64,000 nucleotides of DNA. Origin: a bacterium. GTDB lineage: Bacteria > Zhuqueibacterota > Zhuqueibacteria > Residuimicrobiales > Krinioviventaceae. The stretch lies in NCBI GenBank assembly GCA_963693055.1, contig OY843751.1:6144001-6208000 (forward strand), given 5' to 3'. Position 1 is the first letter of the stretch; the number at the start of each line of letters is the position of its first letter. The position numbers and the translations under genes are program-made. Under the pieces are notes generated by a model that had not been told where the DNA came from, did not search any database, and saw nothing but the letters and a program-made list of their open reading frames with translations. This document shows, in pieces, positions 1 through 10,774 of this stretch.

Positions 1-1917
1 TTAGACAAGCCCTTTGTCTCTCCACCTGTTTATATGCAGTTGGATCGTGACGATGAATCCAACCCCATTGATGTACTGCATTATGACCTGCATCTTTTAA
101 TTTTACCTGAAGAAAAACAGATTACCGCACGAGCTGATCTAGAAATTCGTTCCTTACCTTCTGCGGAATCCACTTTTTTTCTACATTTGTTGAACCTGAC
201 AGTAGATTCTGTGTTTATTAATGGCTCAAAAACAAGCGAATATCTGTATGGAAACGGTAAACTTGTTATGGATACACCCGCAATGGATGATACTTTTGGG
301 GTGAGTGTTTATTATCATGGAACACCGGGTAACGACCGCAGCGGTGGATTCTTTTTCATCAAAGATATTATTTATACGCATGGTGAAGGCTTGAATACCC
401 AGCCGCCATCCATGCTGCGCTTTTGGGTGCCGTCACATGATGTACCGGATGACAAGGCAACGCTGGATATGTACATAACCGTGCCCACCGGTTTGAGCGC
501 TTTTTCCAACGGATTGTTGGTGGATACCACAACCTCGGAAGAGGGTACAACCACATGGCACTGGCAGGAGAAACATCCCATTGCCTCATATCTAATTGCT
601 CTTGCTGTCAGTAACTATGAGGTGCATCAGGAGCCGTATGTATCTATTGATCAAGACACAATCCCCCTTGAATTTTATGTAACCCCGGAAAAGTTTGAAA
701 ATGCCGAGTTGAGCTGGCAGAATCTTTCACAAATGATGCGTGTGTTTGAAGAACTTTTGGGACCGTACCCCTTTGATCGTTATAGCATGGCAGAGACGTA
801 TCAGAGCGGTGCAATGGAGCACCAGACCATGACCAGTATGTCAACCAACCTGATTACCGGTGATCACAAATATGATTATATTGTAGCGCACGAGCTGGCC
901 CATCACTGGTTTGGAGATTATGTAACATTGACAGACTGGCGAGAGATCTGGCTTAACGAAGGGTTTGCCTCGTATTGTGAAGCGCTTTATTTTGAACAGA
1001 TCGCAGGACAGGATTCGTTGCGGGGTACCATGCAAACCATGGCTACCAACTATTTTAGTGAAGTGGGACGAATTGGGCACTTTGCTTTATATGATCCGGT
1101 TTATATGTGGGGATATACGGTTTATCAAAAAGGGGCCTGGGTGTTGCACATGCTGCGTTATCTTGTTGGCGACGACGCTTTTATAAACACATTACGAAAT
1201 TATTTGGATCAGCATGCCTATGGTAATGCAACTATTGATGATTTTCAGCGCATTGCCGAACAGGAATCCGGGCAGGATCTTGATCTTTTTTTTGAACAGT
1301 GGATTTATCGTCCCGGATACCCGGACCTTGAAGTGGGGTGGGAGACATCCCTGGCCGCGGATGGAAAGCGATTGGTTGAACTGTTTGTGAGACAGCGGCA
1401 AGTGGTAGGCGGAATTTTTGAATTCCCGCTGGAAGTGATGTTCCGTTCTGACAATTCATCATTGCTGGACACGTTGAGTATTACCCAGGATTATGAGACT
1501 TTTCAATGGGAACTGGATTTTAATCCCTCCGAGCTCGATATAGATCCATACGAATGGCTGCTGGATAAAACCAAGATTGTTGCCAGACCGTTGCCCCCGG
1601 GATTCGAGGACTATGAATTCGGATTGTCGCAGACCTATCCCAATCCTTTTGTTCCCTCTGGTGAGGTGCCGGCTACACGCATTGACGTGCAGGTGGCGCA
1701 AAAAGACAATCCGCATCACATACAGTTAACGGTTTACAATACGCTGGGGAAACGCGTAAAGACCATTGCCAATCATCGTGTGATGGGAGGTCTGTACACT
1801 TATAGCTGGGACGCCTCAGACGAAAACGGCACACGAGTACCTGATGGGGTTTATTTTGTACGGTTTAAATCAGGCAGTACGGTGTTGTACAAGAAATTAA
1901 CCGTATTGAGTGATTGA
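1..1917 (+). CDS. M1 family zinc aminopeptidase with C-terminal FlgD-Ig/T9SS-type sorting domain (5' end lies outside the window)
   Basis: GAMEH exopeptidase motif, HELAH-x18-E zinc motif (HELAHHWFG...WLNEG), YQKGAWVLHML and C-terminal YPNPF...WDASDENG...GVYF; the frame is open from position 1. Confidence 0.9.
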   Translation, partial: LDKPFVSPPVYMQLDRDDESNPIDVLHYDLHLLILPEEKQITARADLEIRSLPSAESTFFLHLLNLTVDSVFINGSKTSEYLYGNGKLVMDTPAMDDTFGVSVYYHGTPGNDRSGGFFFIKDIIYTHGEGLNTQPPSMLRFWVPSHDVPDDKATLDMYITVPTGLSAFSNGLLVDTTTSEEGTTTWHWQEKHPIASYLIALAVSNYEVHQEPYVSIDQDTIPLEFYVTPEKFENAELSWQNLSQMMRVFEELLGPYPFDRYSMAETYQSGAMEHQTMTSMSTNLITGDHKYDYIVAHELAHHWFGDYVTLTDWREIWLNEGFASYCEALYFEQIAGQDSLRGTMQTMATNYFSEVGRIGHFALYDPVYMWGYTVYQKGAWVLHMLRYLVGDDAFINTLRNYLDQHAYGNATIDDFQRIAEQESGQDLDLFFEQWIYRPGYPDLEVGWETSLAADGKRLVELFVRQRQVVGGIFEFPLEVMFRSDNSSLLDTLSITQDYETFQWELDFNPSELDIDPYEWLLDKTKIVARPLPPGFEDYEFGLSQTYPNPFVPSGEVPATRIDVQVAQKDNPHHIQLTVYNTLGKRVKTIANHRVMGGLYTYSWDASDENGTRVPDGVYFVRFKSGSTVLYKKLTVLSD

Positions 1918-1975
1918 AAAATAGTATTTTATTGTCAAAATTGATATTTTATTCGGTGTGGATTGAGGATTTTAG

Positions 1976-2179
1976 ATGAATAAAAGCAATAAAAGAAAAT
2001 TACAGAGAATCGTTACTAAAAGTTTTATTGGTGATTCAGAATTAGAAAAAAAAGATCTACAATATTGGCTCAGTCGTCCACCACAAGAACGATTTGAGGC
2101 AGTTGAATTTTTAAAGAGGCACGCATATGGAGATTTACCAAGATTATCTCGAGTTGTTCGAATTATTGAACGCAAATAA
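1976..2179 (+). CDS. Small protein (67 aa), probable partner/antitoxin of the downstream nucleotidyltransferase
   Basis: GAGG SD; D-x2-YWLS-x2-P-x-ERFEAVE pattern; overlaps the next gene by 53 nt. Confidence 0.6.
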   Translation: MNKSNKRKLQRIVTKSFIGDSELEKKDLQYWLSRPPQERFEAVEFLKRHAYGDLPRLSRVVRIIERK

Positions 2180-2570
2180 TGTAGAATATATGATTGTGGG
2201 AGGTTATGCGTTAGCATTTTATGGTCATCCCAGAACAACAGGAGATATTGATATTTGGGTAAAACCAGATAATGCTAATGCTGAAAAAATTTTGAAAGCC
2301 CTTGATGATTTTGGATTTGGGGGATTAGGATTGAATGTTGATGATTTTAATACACCAGATAAAATTGTTCAGTTAGGATATCCACCGGTACGAATTGATT
2401 TATTAACTTCATTAAGTGGTATTACGTGGGAGGAGGCTATTAATCATATAGTTTACAGCGAATATGCCAATGTCCCGGTGAAAATTATAGGTTTGGAAGC
2501 ATTTAAGAAAAATAAAAAAGTGACCGGAAGATTAAAAGATTTGGCAGATCTTGAATCATTGGATGAGTGA
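2127..2570 (+). CDS. Minimal nucleotidyltransferase (Pol-beta superfamily)
   Basis: VGGYALAFYGHPRTTGDIDIW (GG...DxD), RIDLL, C-terminal GRLKDLADL. Confidence 0.85.
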   Translation: MEIYQDYLELFELLNANNVEYMIVGGYALAFYGHPRTTGDIDIWVKPDNANAEKILKALDDFGFGGLGLNVDDFNTPDKIVQLGYPPVRIDLLTSLSGITWEEAINHIVYSEYANVPVKIIGLEAFKKNKKVTGRLKDLADLESLDE

Positions 2571-2596
2571 AAAGGTTGATTTTTTTAAGAGGTTAA

Positions 2597-2632
2597 TAAA
2601 AAAAGGGAGCGGATATCCGCTCCCTTTTTTTA
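2597..2632. terminator. Bidirectional intrinsic terminator
   Basis: Perfect 36-bp palindrome TAAAAAAAGGGAGCGGAT|ATCCGCTCCCTTTTTTTA between convergent genes. Confidence 0.9.
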
Positions 2633-2636
2633 GTTT

Positions 2637-5567
2637 CTATTTATAAGCATCAAGGGGTGATTTGGTTAGATATATCTTGATTTCGATGCGTCTGTTTAGG
2701 ATACGTCCCGATGATTTTTCATTATTACCAATCAGGATCTGTTCACCTGTCAAACGCTCTACCTGCAGCGGATTGTATTCACCATATCCACGTGGCGGAT
2801 CCACACGAGACATGATGCTTTCGTAATTGTCAGGAGCATTTTTCTTCATATACTCCATAAATTCCTGCTGGAATGTTTTTACGCGTCGGTCAGACAGGGC
2901 CTCATTGATTTGAGCGGAGCCTGTTGCACAGGCGTGCCCGCTGAAAGCGATACGCATATCCGGATTTTCCAGAATGGAACTCATTTGCTCAAGCAGCAGA
3001 TTGAGATAAAACTCGTACAACGGACTGGTATTGTTGAATTGCAGCGGGATTGCCATACGGTTTTCCCTCAACACATCAATTGCTTTCATAACCACCGTGT
3101 CGGGTCGGGTTTTAAAGTGTCTGCCCAGATTATCAACAACCTTGAGCTGGTATTCAGCTTCTTTTTCATTCCAGTAAACCCGTCCATAAGGAATAGGCAT
3201 CCACTCAATGTGGGTTTTGATTTTGGCGCCTTCTTTCAGGTCCAGTTCAAGCGTATCTACAATACCTTTTCCAAAATAAGCAGCATAAGATTCTTCTGCA
3301 GGTACCGCGTATTTCAATTGGGTATCAAATACAATGTTCTTCAACAGGGGTTCATCGTCCCGGATGTATACCGGTTCAAACAATTCTTCCTGGCCCAGGG
3401 TGTCTGAATCAATCTTGACCATACGACGTTCTTCAAAGATCCATCTTCTGTCATCAGGGTTCGAGGGTGTGCGGCGGCTTTCCCAAACTTCACCCGGCAG
3501 GATCCGGATCTGTTCTGGTCTTACACGGCGTGAAATCAAGGTATCACGCACAGCCTCAGAACGACGATTGGCAAGGTCAATTGTTGCGTTTTCGGAATTG
3601 GGATCTGCCCATCCTTTAAGGGTAATGCGTTGATCTGGCTTTCTGACCAATCTCTCTGCAATAATGCTGAGATGCGGATCAAATTGCGACATGGTCAGGT
3701 AATCCATAGAAACATCGGTCTTGTTGGTGTCAAAAGTAACTACCGTAACAATAGGAGTATTGATCTCTACCCGCGAGTTCAATATGGTTAACGCCGTGTC
3801 TGCGGTGGTCAGGTATCCTTTGGGAATGGTATAAAAGCTTGTGACTTTATAATTCTTATCTTTTTCCCATTCTATCAAGTTGCTGTCCACATCGGCTTCT
3901 ACTATGAACTCGTGCTTGCCCAGCCATTTTGTATTCCACTGGAGGGGAATGACTTTTTCTTCACCAGGCAGCAGTGAATCAATAACCGCTCTGGATATCA
4001 ATTGGGTTGTGGGCTGATTTACATTGTCCATATCCAGACTCTCTTTTAAAATGCCAACAGAGTCAGAGATATTAACTGTAAATTGAGATGCGGTACGGTC
4101 ACCACGATTACTGAGATGAACACGTATGTCACCGTGATAATCATCCATGGTTATCCATGGAGAATAGTTGAATACAATTTGATCGATCTGGATGTCAGGC
4201 AGTGGCACATAGAATTTGGAGATATAGGTGTCTCCCTTTTTCGCCAGTCTGATATGTTTATCTTTATCAATTGCTACAACCATCCAGTAATAGTACCCGC
4301 CAACAATATCATTGAACAGATATTCTGTATCTTTCAAGTTGGTTTTTACCATATAGCTGGTGTTTTTAATTTCTTCCAAAATATTACCCTGATCTTCGTT
4401 GTATAAATAAGCCAGGCGTGTCATTTTAGAATAATTCTGGTCCATTACCAGGGTATAACTTACATCGTCGTACAGGTCAGGATCTTTGGATGGCTGCCAA
4501 TGTACCCGAACCGTGTCTGTGTAAAATGTGTCGTTTTCTGTTGCTGTGATAAAAGAAAACTGTTCAGGACGAATGGGGTAATGCGTGGCAGTACCGCGAT
4601 AGGTCCGTGAAAAGAAATCCGCTTCATTTACCGATGCTACATCAAAACGAAGTGCATTGTTGCGACCCGGTACCACTTCTCCACCGGGAAAGTTGATGTC
4701 ATCGAGTCGAATGCTTGCGCCAAAGGTGACCTTTTCCATCAGATCGCCACCAAAGTCATATCCCGCGTTTATGGAAAACGTACGACCAATACTAAACTCG
4801 GTACCCATTGCAATGTAATTATCTTCATCCATTACGTCGATATAATCAGCTGTAACAACAAATTGCAATCCGGTATGACTGCCGGTATAAAATGCTAGTC
4901 CGGCACGACGGGTTTCTGGCAATGGTGTTCCCTGCTGGTCAAAATTAATGGTTCCGCCGTATTGGGTAAGAGCAGCACCCATGGTGACAATACCATACGG
5001 AAACACAGAGTTTCCCATACCGAAACGAGGTGTACGTATCAACAGGCCAAAATCAGCAACAGGAGCGCCGGCGCTGAAATCTGCCAGCTTGCTGCGCAGG
5101 TATTTGAAATTGGCTCCCAGCGAAATATAGTCAGTTAAAAAAGTAAGAGGTTGACCAATGCTAAGAGATGCTACCATATCGTTCGATGAAGCATATGGCA
5201 TGGTATCATCCGTACTGTCAAATTCAGGAACACCCTGGTACAGAAATCCTACAGCCAGGTTTGTTCTGCGGCTCCATGGAGTATGAACGCGTTTTCCGTA
5301 AAGAAAAGAGGCATTGGAAATATCGGCAATCCATTTTGTATAAGAAGCCGACCACTGCCATTCGCGCAAGAAACCGGCAGAACCGGGGTTTGCATATAAA
5401 GAATGAACATCGTCAATGATTCCGGTTTGCGCCATAGACATGGACTGCACCCGCGCACCCGGTAGCATTTTTAAAAATGCAGCGCCTGCTCTGATTTGCG
5501 CGTTACTTTGTACGGTAACAAACAGCAGCAAAAAGATCGAGAACTGACGTATCAATATCTTTTTCAT
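2637..5567 (-). CDS. PorV/PorQ-like outer-membrane beta-barrel fused to FN3-like, CARDB-like and two OmpA-like peptidoglycan-binding domains
   Basis: Signal peptide, then GAAFLKMLPGARVQSM...YANPG (PorV-type N-terminus); PDIQID...NRGD...L.PGE...DVDSNLIE (CARDB-like); LKGWAD...LANRRSEAV...RRMV and SGHAC...NEALSDRR...NRRIEI (OmpA-like). Confidence 0.75.
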   Translation of the reverse strand: MKKILIRQFSIFLLLFVTVQSNAQIRAGAAFLKMLPGARVQSMSMAQTGIIDDVHSLYANPGSAGFLREWQWSASYTKWIADISNASFLYGKRVHTPWSRRTNLAVGFLYQGVPEFDSTDDTMPYASSNDMVASLSIGQPLTFLTDYISLGANFKYLRSKLADFSAGAPVADFGLLIRTPRFGMGNSVFPYGIVTMGAALTQYGGTINFDQQGTPLPETRRAGLAFYTGSHTGLQFVVTADYIDVMDEDNYIAMGTEFSIGRTFSINAGYDFGGDLMEKVTFGASIRLDDINFPGGEVVPGRNNALRFDVASVNEADFFSRTYRGTATHYPIRPEQFSFITATENDTFYTDTVRVHWQPSKDPDLYDDVSYTLVMDQNYSKMTRLAYLYNEDQGNILEEIKNTSYMVKTNLKDTEYLFNDIVGGYYYWMVVAIDKDKHIRLAKKGDTYISKFYVPLPDIQIDQIVFNYSPWITMDDYHGDIRVHLSNRGDRTASQFTVNISDSVGILKESLDMDNVNQPTTQLISRAVIDSLLPGEEKVIPLQWNTKWLGKHEFIVEADVDSNLIEWEKDKNYKVTSFYTIPKGYLTTADTALTILNSRVEINTPIVTVVTFDTNKTDVSMDYLTMSQFDPHLSIIAERLVRKPDQRITLKGWADPNSENATIDLANRRSEAVRDTLISRRVRPEQIRILPGEVWESRRTPSNPDDRRWIFEERRMVKIDSDTLGQEELFEPVYIRDDEPLLKNIVFDTQLKYAVPAEESYAAYFGKGIVDTLELDLKEGAKIKTHIEWMPIPYGRVYWNEKEAEYQLKVVDNLGRHFKTRPDTVVMKAIDVLRENRMAIPLQFNNTSPLYEFYLNLLLEQMSSILENPDMRIAFSGHACATGSAQINEALSDRRVKTFQQEFMEYMKKNAPDNYESIMSRVDPPRGYGEYNPLQVERLTGEQILIGNNEKSSGRILNRRIEIKIYLTKSPLDAYK

Positions 5568-5570
5568 AGT

Positions 5571-8500
5571 TTATCTCACAATGATTAATTTTTTCCAATC
5601 CTTGAACTCTCCGGAATCCAGCGTAATTAAATAAACTCCGCTGCCGGCATCCCGTCCGTCTTGCAGACGGCCATTCCACAAAAACGAATTCCAACCGCCA
5701 TCGTAAAAATCTTCTGACAGGGTGGTGATCAAACGACCACTCACATCAAAAACATCCAAACGCGCCAGACGTTCATAGCTGAGTTTGAATTTAATGTCTA
5801 CATAACCATCTATTCCGGGGCGAAAAACGTTTCGGTCAAGCACCATATGGTTTTCGCTTTTTACAACAAGGTGGGTTTGACCAATACCTTCGTTCCCGCG
5901 TTTTCCATAGGCATGGATTTCAAGAATGATATCATCTGCCAGGGTACCGCTATATAAATGGGGTTGATCGTAATAGTCGTCAATGTTGAACCAGATGTCC
6001 GGTTGTAACAGATTGTTTGAAATAAAATTATCTGCAAAGTCTTTAATGACCTGACCGTTTGGCAAATAGATCCATAAATCCCACGATGTTATCTCTACAG
6101 GCACCTGCACCCGGATCATTGCGCTGTCGGTTACGTCAATAGTTGGGGGTAAGGCCTCAATTAACGGAGTGAATGGTTCCGGTTCTTTGACATAATTGTA
6201 AACCCGTAATTCAGACGTATTGTTTTCTGTTTTTTCAGGTTTTTCATCCGCAGCAGAAACCGTAACCCGATTGTCTAACGGATTTAGACCGATTGGCATC
6301 AGTCCTGGAACAACAGCATGAAAGGTCAGAACCTGAGATCCACCTGCCGGAATGGAAGTGATATTCCAGACAATAGAGTCTGAATTTGATGTAAAGGGTG
6401 CAGGATCAAATGTGTGAATCGAAAGCTCCTGCGGATAATAATCCACAACTCTTACATCATAGGCGGTCATATCGCCCAGATTCTGTATGGTGAGCTGGTA
6501 AACATAATCTTCACCTTCACGTGCAAAGTTGTAGGAAAGGCTGTTTACTGTACCATTAGAATCTGTAATTGCGATTTGGGCCGGGGTAACATCTATAAAG
6601 TCAGTTTCAATTTTTTCAAGTATATAAGCTGTGTTTTGAGCAGCGTTGTTGACTGCAACTGTATCATGTATTGCTTGTATGCTTGCTCCTGCAACAACGG
6701 CTTGCGGATACATTGGCAGTTCAGTCGGGGTTTGTGCGGCAAATGTTACCGTCCAGGTTGCTCCCACGGCCAACGAGTCAATGGACCAGTCAAGTGAATC
6801 TGCAGACTCGCTGGTTTTGGAGAAATCAGAAAGGGTCACAATATCGGGAACAGTTGCGTGAACTAATATATCTAATCCCGGTTTTGGACCATGATTAACA
6901 ACAGAAAGATGATACTGGTAGCGGTTACCGGCTTCTGTTGCAGGATAGGTAATACCGCCTGATACATATTGCGAATCTGCAATTGCAACAAAGATGATTT
7001 CAGCATCATAGTTTTTGGATGGTTCTGGTGGTAATGGAATGATGCGTATGCGTTCACTGTCGCTGTCGTTGCTTGCATTGGTATCATCTACATTTGAAAT
7101 GATAACCGATGCGTCAAACCATTGCAATGTACTGTCAACATTGGGATCCAGCATCATTTGCAGAATGATAACAGAATCAGCGGATACGGGCAGCAGAGCA
7201 ATGTTCCAGGTGGCCGTTGTTCCAAATTCTGTTGCACCATCCTGTGGTTCTACCGAAGCTTCCAGCAAAGTCACATAGTCAGGTACCGAGAAACCCAGTG
7301 AGGTTGAATTTGCATCATCCGGACCCAGGTTGCCGTAATCTATAGTATAGAGGAATGTGTCACCTGGGAAAACAGCGTTAAACGTATTCTCTTCAAAAAC
7401 CTCTGTGGTATCGGTAGTTGAAGCAATGGTGGTCCACACATCGGTTTCGTTGGTGTCTGGCGGGGCCAGAACATATAGGAAATCACTGTCTATATTATTT
7501 ACAGGATCCACATCATACGGTTCAAAAATTTCTGATGACAGTGTGAGTTTTTCAGGAAAATAAGGCAGGTTCCATTTGGATTTGAGTACCATACCAATCA
7601 AAAGCACAGAATCAGGATCAAACTGTGCAAAATTCCATTGCAGAGTATCTCCGTTTGTTACATCCGGCTGTATACTGAAGGCCGAGATGGTAACCGACTC
7701 CGGTATTATGGTTTGCAATACAGAAGCTACAGACACAAAGGGACCGTTATTGGAAACATTCATCTCGTAGGTAAATGTATTACCACCAACAACCGCTTTA
7801 TGAGGTGTAGAATCAATGGTAATAGTTGTGTCTGATTGTATTGCTACATTCACACCCATATCCAGAACCGTGTCTTTTCTCACAATGTAAAATACATCCG
7901 TATCACTATTGTTGTCTAGAATGCTGTCATTGTCAGCGCTGACCTGGGCAAGGCTGTTCACAGTTATCATGGAATCAGCAAGTCCGGATTTAACTTCTGC
8001 CTGGTATATCCAGGATTTTTGAGAATTGGGAGGAATCAGGCCAAAATGCCAGGTCACCTGATTTGCCTGGATCTGAACCGGAGTTTCTTCGGATTCAGTA
8101 AAAGAGAGTTGTGGTGGAATTGTGGTTGTTACCACAATATTTCTAGCGGTATCCGGCTGCAAGTTTGCAATTGTAATGGTCAGGGGAACCGTTTCATCGC
8201 GCATGGCAAGTTTTAATGTGTCCTGACCGCTTACCAAAAATGAATCCGGATTGGATTCCAGTGTAATGGCAAGGTCTGCAACTTCAACGGGCAATTCATC
8301 ACCAATCCAGAAATGGTCTCCATCAATATTATTGGAAAGATCAATATCATTGGGTGCCGTTATTTGGGCAGTAATGTTTTGATAGGTAAAACCTTCCGGC
8401 ATAACCGGTGGTATTTGTGCGTCAACCCAGACAGAAAAAGTATCGTCAGGTGCCAAACGCGGCAGGTTCCAGATAAACTGTCCGTTTATCGTATCATCCG

Positions 8501-9236
8501 GAGTGATCGAGAGTGTAACGTTTATCAGCGAATCCGGCAGGTTGGCTTGCATTTGCGCAAAGCGGATGTCATTGATAAAATTATTAGAGGCCTTGATGCG
8601 GATCCTTACCGCTTCATTGGGATACGCCACTTTTTCAAGCCGGTTGTTAACCAGATCATTGTGAAGGGTCCAGGCATCTACGCTGACCATAGCATCGATC
8701 TGGGGTTCGGCAATCACATAGAGGCTGTCAAGAACGTAAAGACTTTCAGCTTCTCCATGGGGGCCACCCATGACACCATTTAAAAACTGCGGATATTCGT
8801 CCGAGATTTGAATATAATGGTGCAGCCGGATTGTGTGTAAACCCGATTTGAGATAAAATAATCCACCATCTTCAAAAACAGGATCAGACGTCATACCCGG
8901 ATAATCTGCTATCACTTTGTATGGCCCTGCGTTTGAATCGGATGGGGTTGAAACCAAACTGTCCTCATCAATTATCGTAATAAAATAGGACTCGTTCAGT
9001 TGTTCATCACCACTGTCATGGACCATGTTGGCCCAAACACGGTAATAACCATCATGCTCAATCGTCACATCAGACATGTTCACTTGCATTTGCTCGGGGC
9101 CTCTGTCAATTCTGACCCCAACATATGAATAGAGTGAATCATCCTGAATTGATTGATACTGAGCAAAAACACCGGCAGCCAATAGTAATACAAGCGCCGG
9201 TATGCACTTGAACAGACACGCTTTGTTTTTTTTCAT
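5571..9236 (-). CDS. Large secreted DUF11-repeat (Ig-like) surface protein/adhesin with C-terminal sorting domain
   Basis: Signal peptide; about 6 repeats of the type G..f.Y.i.v.N.GP..a...W....L...D....NN; C-terminal NVFRP...FDVSGRL...WNG...SGVY...LIIVR. Confidence 0.8.
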   Translation of the reverse strand: MKKNKACLFKCIPALVLLLAAGVFAQYQSIQDDSLYSYVGVRIDRGPEQMQVNMSDVTIEHDGYYRVWANMVHDSGDEQLNESYFITIIDEDSLVSTPSDSNAGPYKVIADYPGMTSDPVFEDGGLFYLKSGLHTIRLHHYIQISDEYPQFLNGVMGGPHGEAESLYVLDSLYVIAEPQIDAMVSVDAWTLHNDLVNNRLEKVAYPNEAVRIRIKASNNFINDIRFAQMQANLPDSLINVTLSITPDDTINGQFIWNLPRLAPDDTFSVWVDAQIPPVMPEGFTYQNITAQITAPNDIDLSNNIDGDHFWIGDELPVEVADLAITLESNPDSFLVSGQDTLKLAMRDETVPLTITIANLQPDTARNIVVTTTIPPQLSFTESEETPVQIQANQVTWHFGLIPPNSQKSWIYQAEVKSGLADSMITVNSLAQVSADNDSILDNNSDTDVFYIVRKDTVLDMGVNVAIQSDTTITIDSTPHKAVVGGNTFTYEMNVSNNGPFVSVASVLQTIIPESVTISAFSIQPDVTNGDTLQWNFAQFDPDSVLLIGMVLKSKWNLPYFPEKLTLSSEIFEPYDVDPVNNIDSDFLYVLAPPDTNETDVWTTIASTTDTTEVFEENTFNAVFPGDTFLYTIDYGNLGPDDANSTSLGFSVPDYVTLLEASVEPQDGATEFGTTATWNIALLPVSADSVIILQMMLDPNVDSTLQWFDASVIISNVDDTNASNDSDSERIRIIPLPPEPSKNYDAEIIFVAIADSQYVSGGITYPATEAGNRYQYHLSVVNHGPKPGLDILVHATVPDIVTLSDFSKTSESADSLDWSIDSLAVGATWTVTFAAQTPTELPMYPQAVVAGASIQAIHDTVAVNNAAQNTAYILEKIETDFIDVTPAQIAITDSNGTVNSLSYNFAREGEDYVYQLTIQNLGDMTAYDVRVVDYYPQELSIHTFDPAPFTSNSDSIVWNITSIPAGGSQVLTFHAVVPGLMPIGLNPLDNRVTVSAADEKPEKTENNTSELRVYNYVKEPEPFTPLIEALPPTIDVTDSAMIRVQVPVEITSWDLWIYLPNGQVIKDFADNFISNNLLQPDIWFNIDDYYDQPHLYSGTLADDIILEIHAYGKRGNEGIGQTHLVVKSENHMVLDRNVFRPGIDGYVDIKFKLSYERLARLDVFDVSGRLITTLSEDFYDGGWNSFLWNGRLQDGRDAGSGVYLITLDSGEFKDWKKLIIVR

Positions 9237-9324
9237 GTTTTAACCAATATTTTCAAGTAGATACGTTAAAGGATTACATTTATTAATACAAAAAACACTT
9301 TTAATTGCAAACACAAAATTGTAA

Positions 9325-10758
9325 TTACTTTAGTTGGAGCAATGCAACTGCTTCGATATGTGCCGTGTGGGGAAACATGTCTACAGGTTTGACTGCTGTC
9401 AACGTATATTTTTCCTCACACAACAGGCCCAGGTCTCTTGCAAGGGTTGCAGGATTGCAAGAAACATGTACAATTTTTTTCGGTTCCAGTTCCAACACTG
9501 CCGCAAGTGTGTTGGGATGCATTCCCGCACGCGGGGGATCAATGATCATTGTATCTGGGGTTCCATATCTTTCAGCCAGTCTTTGGGTATCTGATATCTG
9601 GTCCTTGAGATCACCCAGTTCAAAATCGCAATTGTTTATGGAATTAATTGCACAATTTTTATAGGCGTCTATTACCGCTGACTCGACCGATTCAAAACCA
9701 ATCACTTTGTTCACATATTCACTGATATATATAGAGATTGTACCTGCACCGCAATAGAGATCATAAACTGTTTCGTCATCTTTAAAATCCGCCATCTCTA
9801 CAACTACATCATATAATCTTTCTGCCTGTCTGGTGTTGGTTTGAAAAAAAGAGTTACCCGAGACTTCAAACTGATAATTGCCCAGTTTTTCAAAAATGGT
9901 CTTTTTGCCATGCAACAGGTATTCTTTTTCACTATACGCAACACTGGCTTTACTTTGAGTAGTACTGTATAAAAGACTTGTTATTTGTGGAAAACGAGCG
10001 CACAATTGTTCTCTTAGTTGTTCAGCAATATCTTTATTATAGGAATAGGTAACGACATTCACCAGCAGGTCGCCGGTGTTTTTACTCTTTCGAATAATTA
10101 AAAATCGCCAAAAACCTGTATGATCGCGAGTGCTGTAGCTGTCAAGTCCGCTTTCACGTGCAATCTCTCTGACCGTATCGAGAATCTCTGTTGCAATGGG
10201 TTCAACGAGATGACATTCCTTCAAATCAATAACCTTGTCAAAAAATCCTTTTGCGTGCATGCCGAGAAACAAGCCGGTCTTTTCAAATGTTTTATTACTT
10301 TCAATCTCTTGTACAGACAACCAACGATCCCGACTGAAAGAAAATTCCATCTTATTGCGATATTGTTCTGTTTCAAGCGACGGTAAGATTGGCTGCATAG
10401 GAACATTTTTAAAACCACCCAGACGGGCAATGGAATCCTTAACCTGATCTTCTTTGGTTTTTAACTGTTGTTCGTATTGCAGGTGCTGTAAAGAACAACC
10501 TCCACAGGATTGAAAATGGCTGCAAACCGGATCAACCTGCCATTCAGAGGTTTTTATTACTTCAAGAGTACGGGCTTCATAATAAGATCGTTTTTTCTTG
10601 AGCAGCCTTGCTTTTACGGTTTGCCCGGGAATGGCACCTTCTACAAAACAAACCATTTCACCCAACCGGGCGATCCCCTTTGCGCCAAAGGCAAGGGATT
10701 CTATATACAAGTCTACCGTCTCCCCTTTTTTGGGCAGCGGTGTCTGTTGTGATGACAT
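9325..10758 (-). CDS. rlmD: 23S rRNA (uracil-1939-C5)-methyltransferase
   Basis: TRAM domain, C.HF..CGGC Fe-S motif, YRNKMEF, FFQTN, DLYCGAGTI, DPPRAG, VSCNPATLARD, DMFPHTAHIE. Confidence 0.95.
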   Translation of the reverse strand: MSSQQTPLPKKGETVDLYIESLAFGAKGIARLGEMVCFVEGAIPGQTVKARLLKKKRSYYEARTLEVIKTSEWQVDPVCSHFQSCGGCSLQHLQYEQQLKTKEDQVKDSIARLGGFKNVPMQPILPSLETEQYRNKMEFSFSRDRWLSVQEIESNKTFEKTGLFLGMHAKGFFDKVIDLKECHLVEPIATEILDTVREIARESGLDSYSTRDHTGFWRFLIIRKSKNTGDLLVNVVTYSYNKDIAEQLREQLCARFPQITSLLYSTTQSKASVAYSEKEYLLHGKKTIFEKLGNYQFEVSGNSFFQTNTRQAERLYDVVVEMADFKDDETVYDLYCGAGTISIYISEYVNKVIGFESVESAVIDAYKNCAINSINNCDFELGDLKDQISDTQRLAERYGTPDTMIIDPPRAGMHPNTLAAVLELEPKKIVHVSCNPATLARDLGLLCEEKYTLTAVKPVDMFPHTAHIEAVALLQLK

Positions 10759-10774
10759 GTACTACTTTCTTTAA

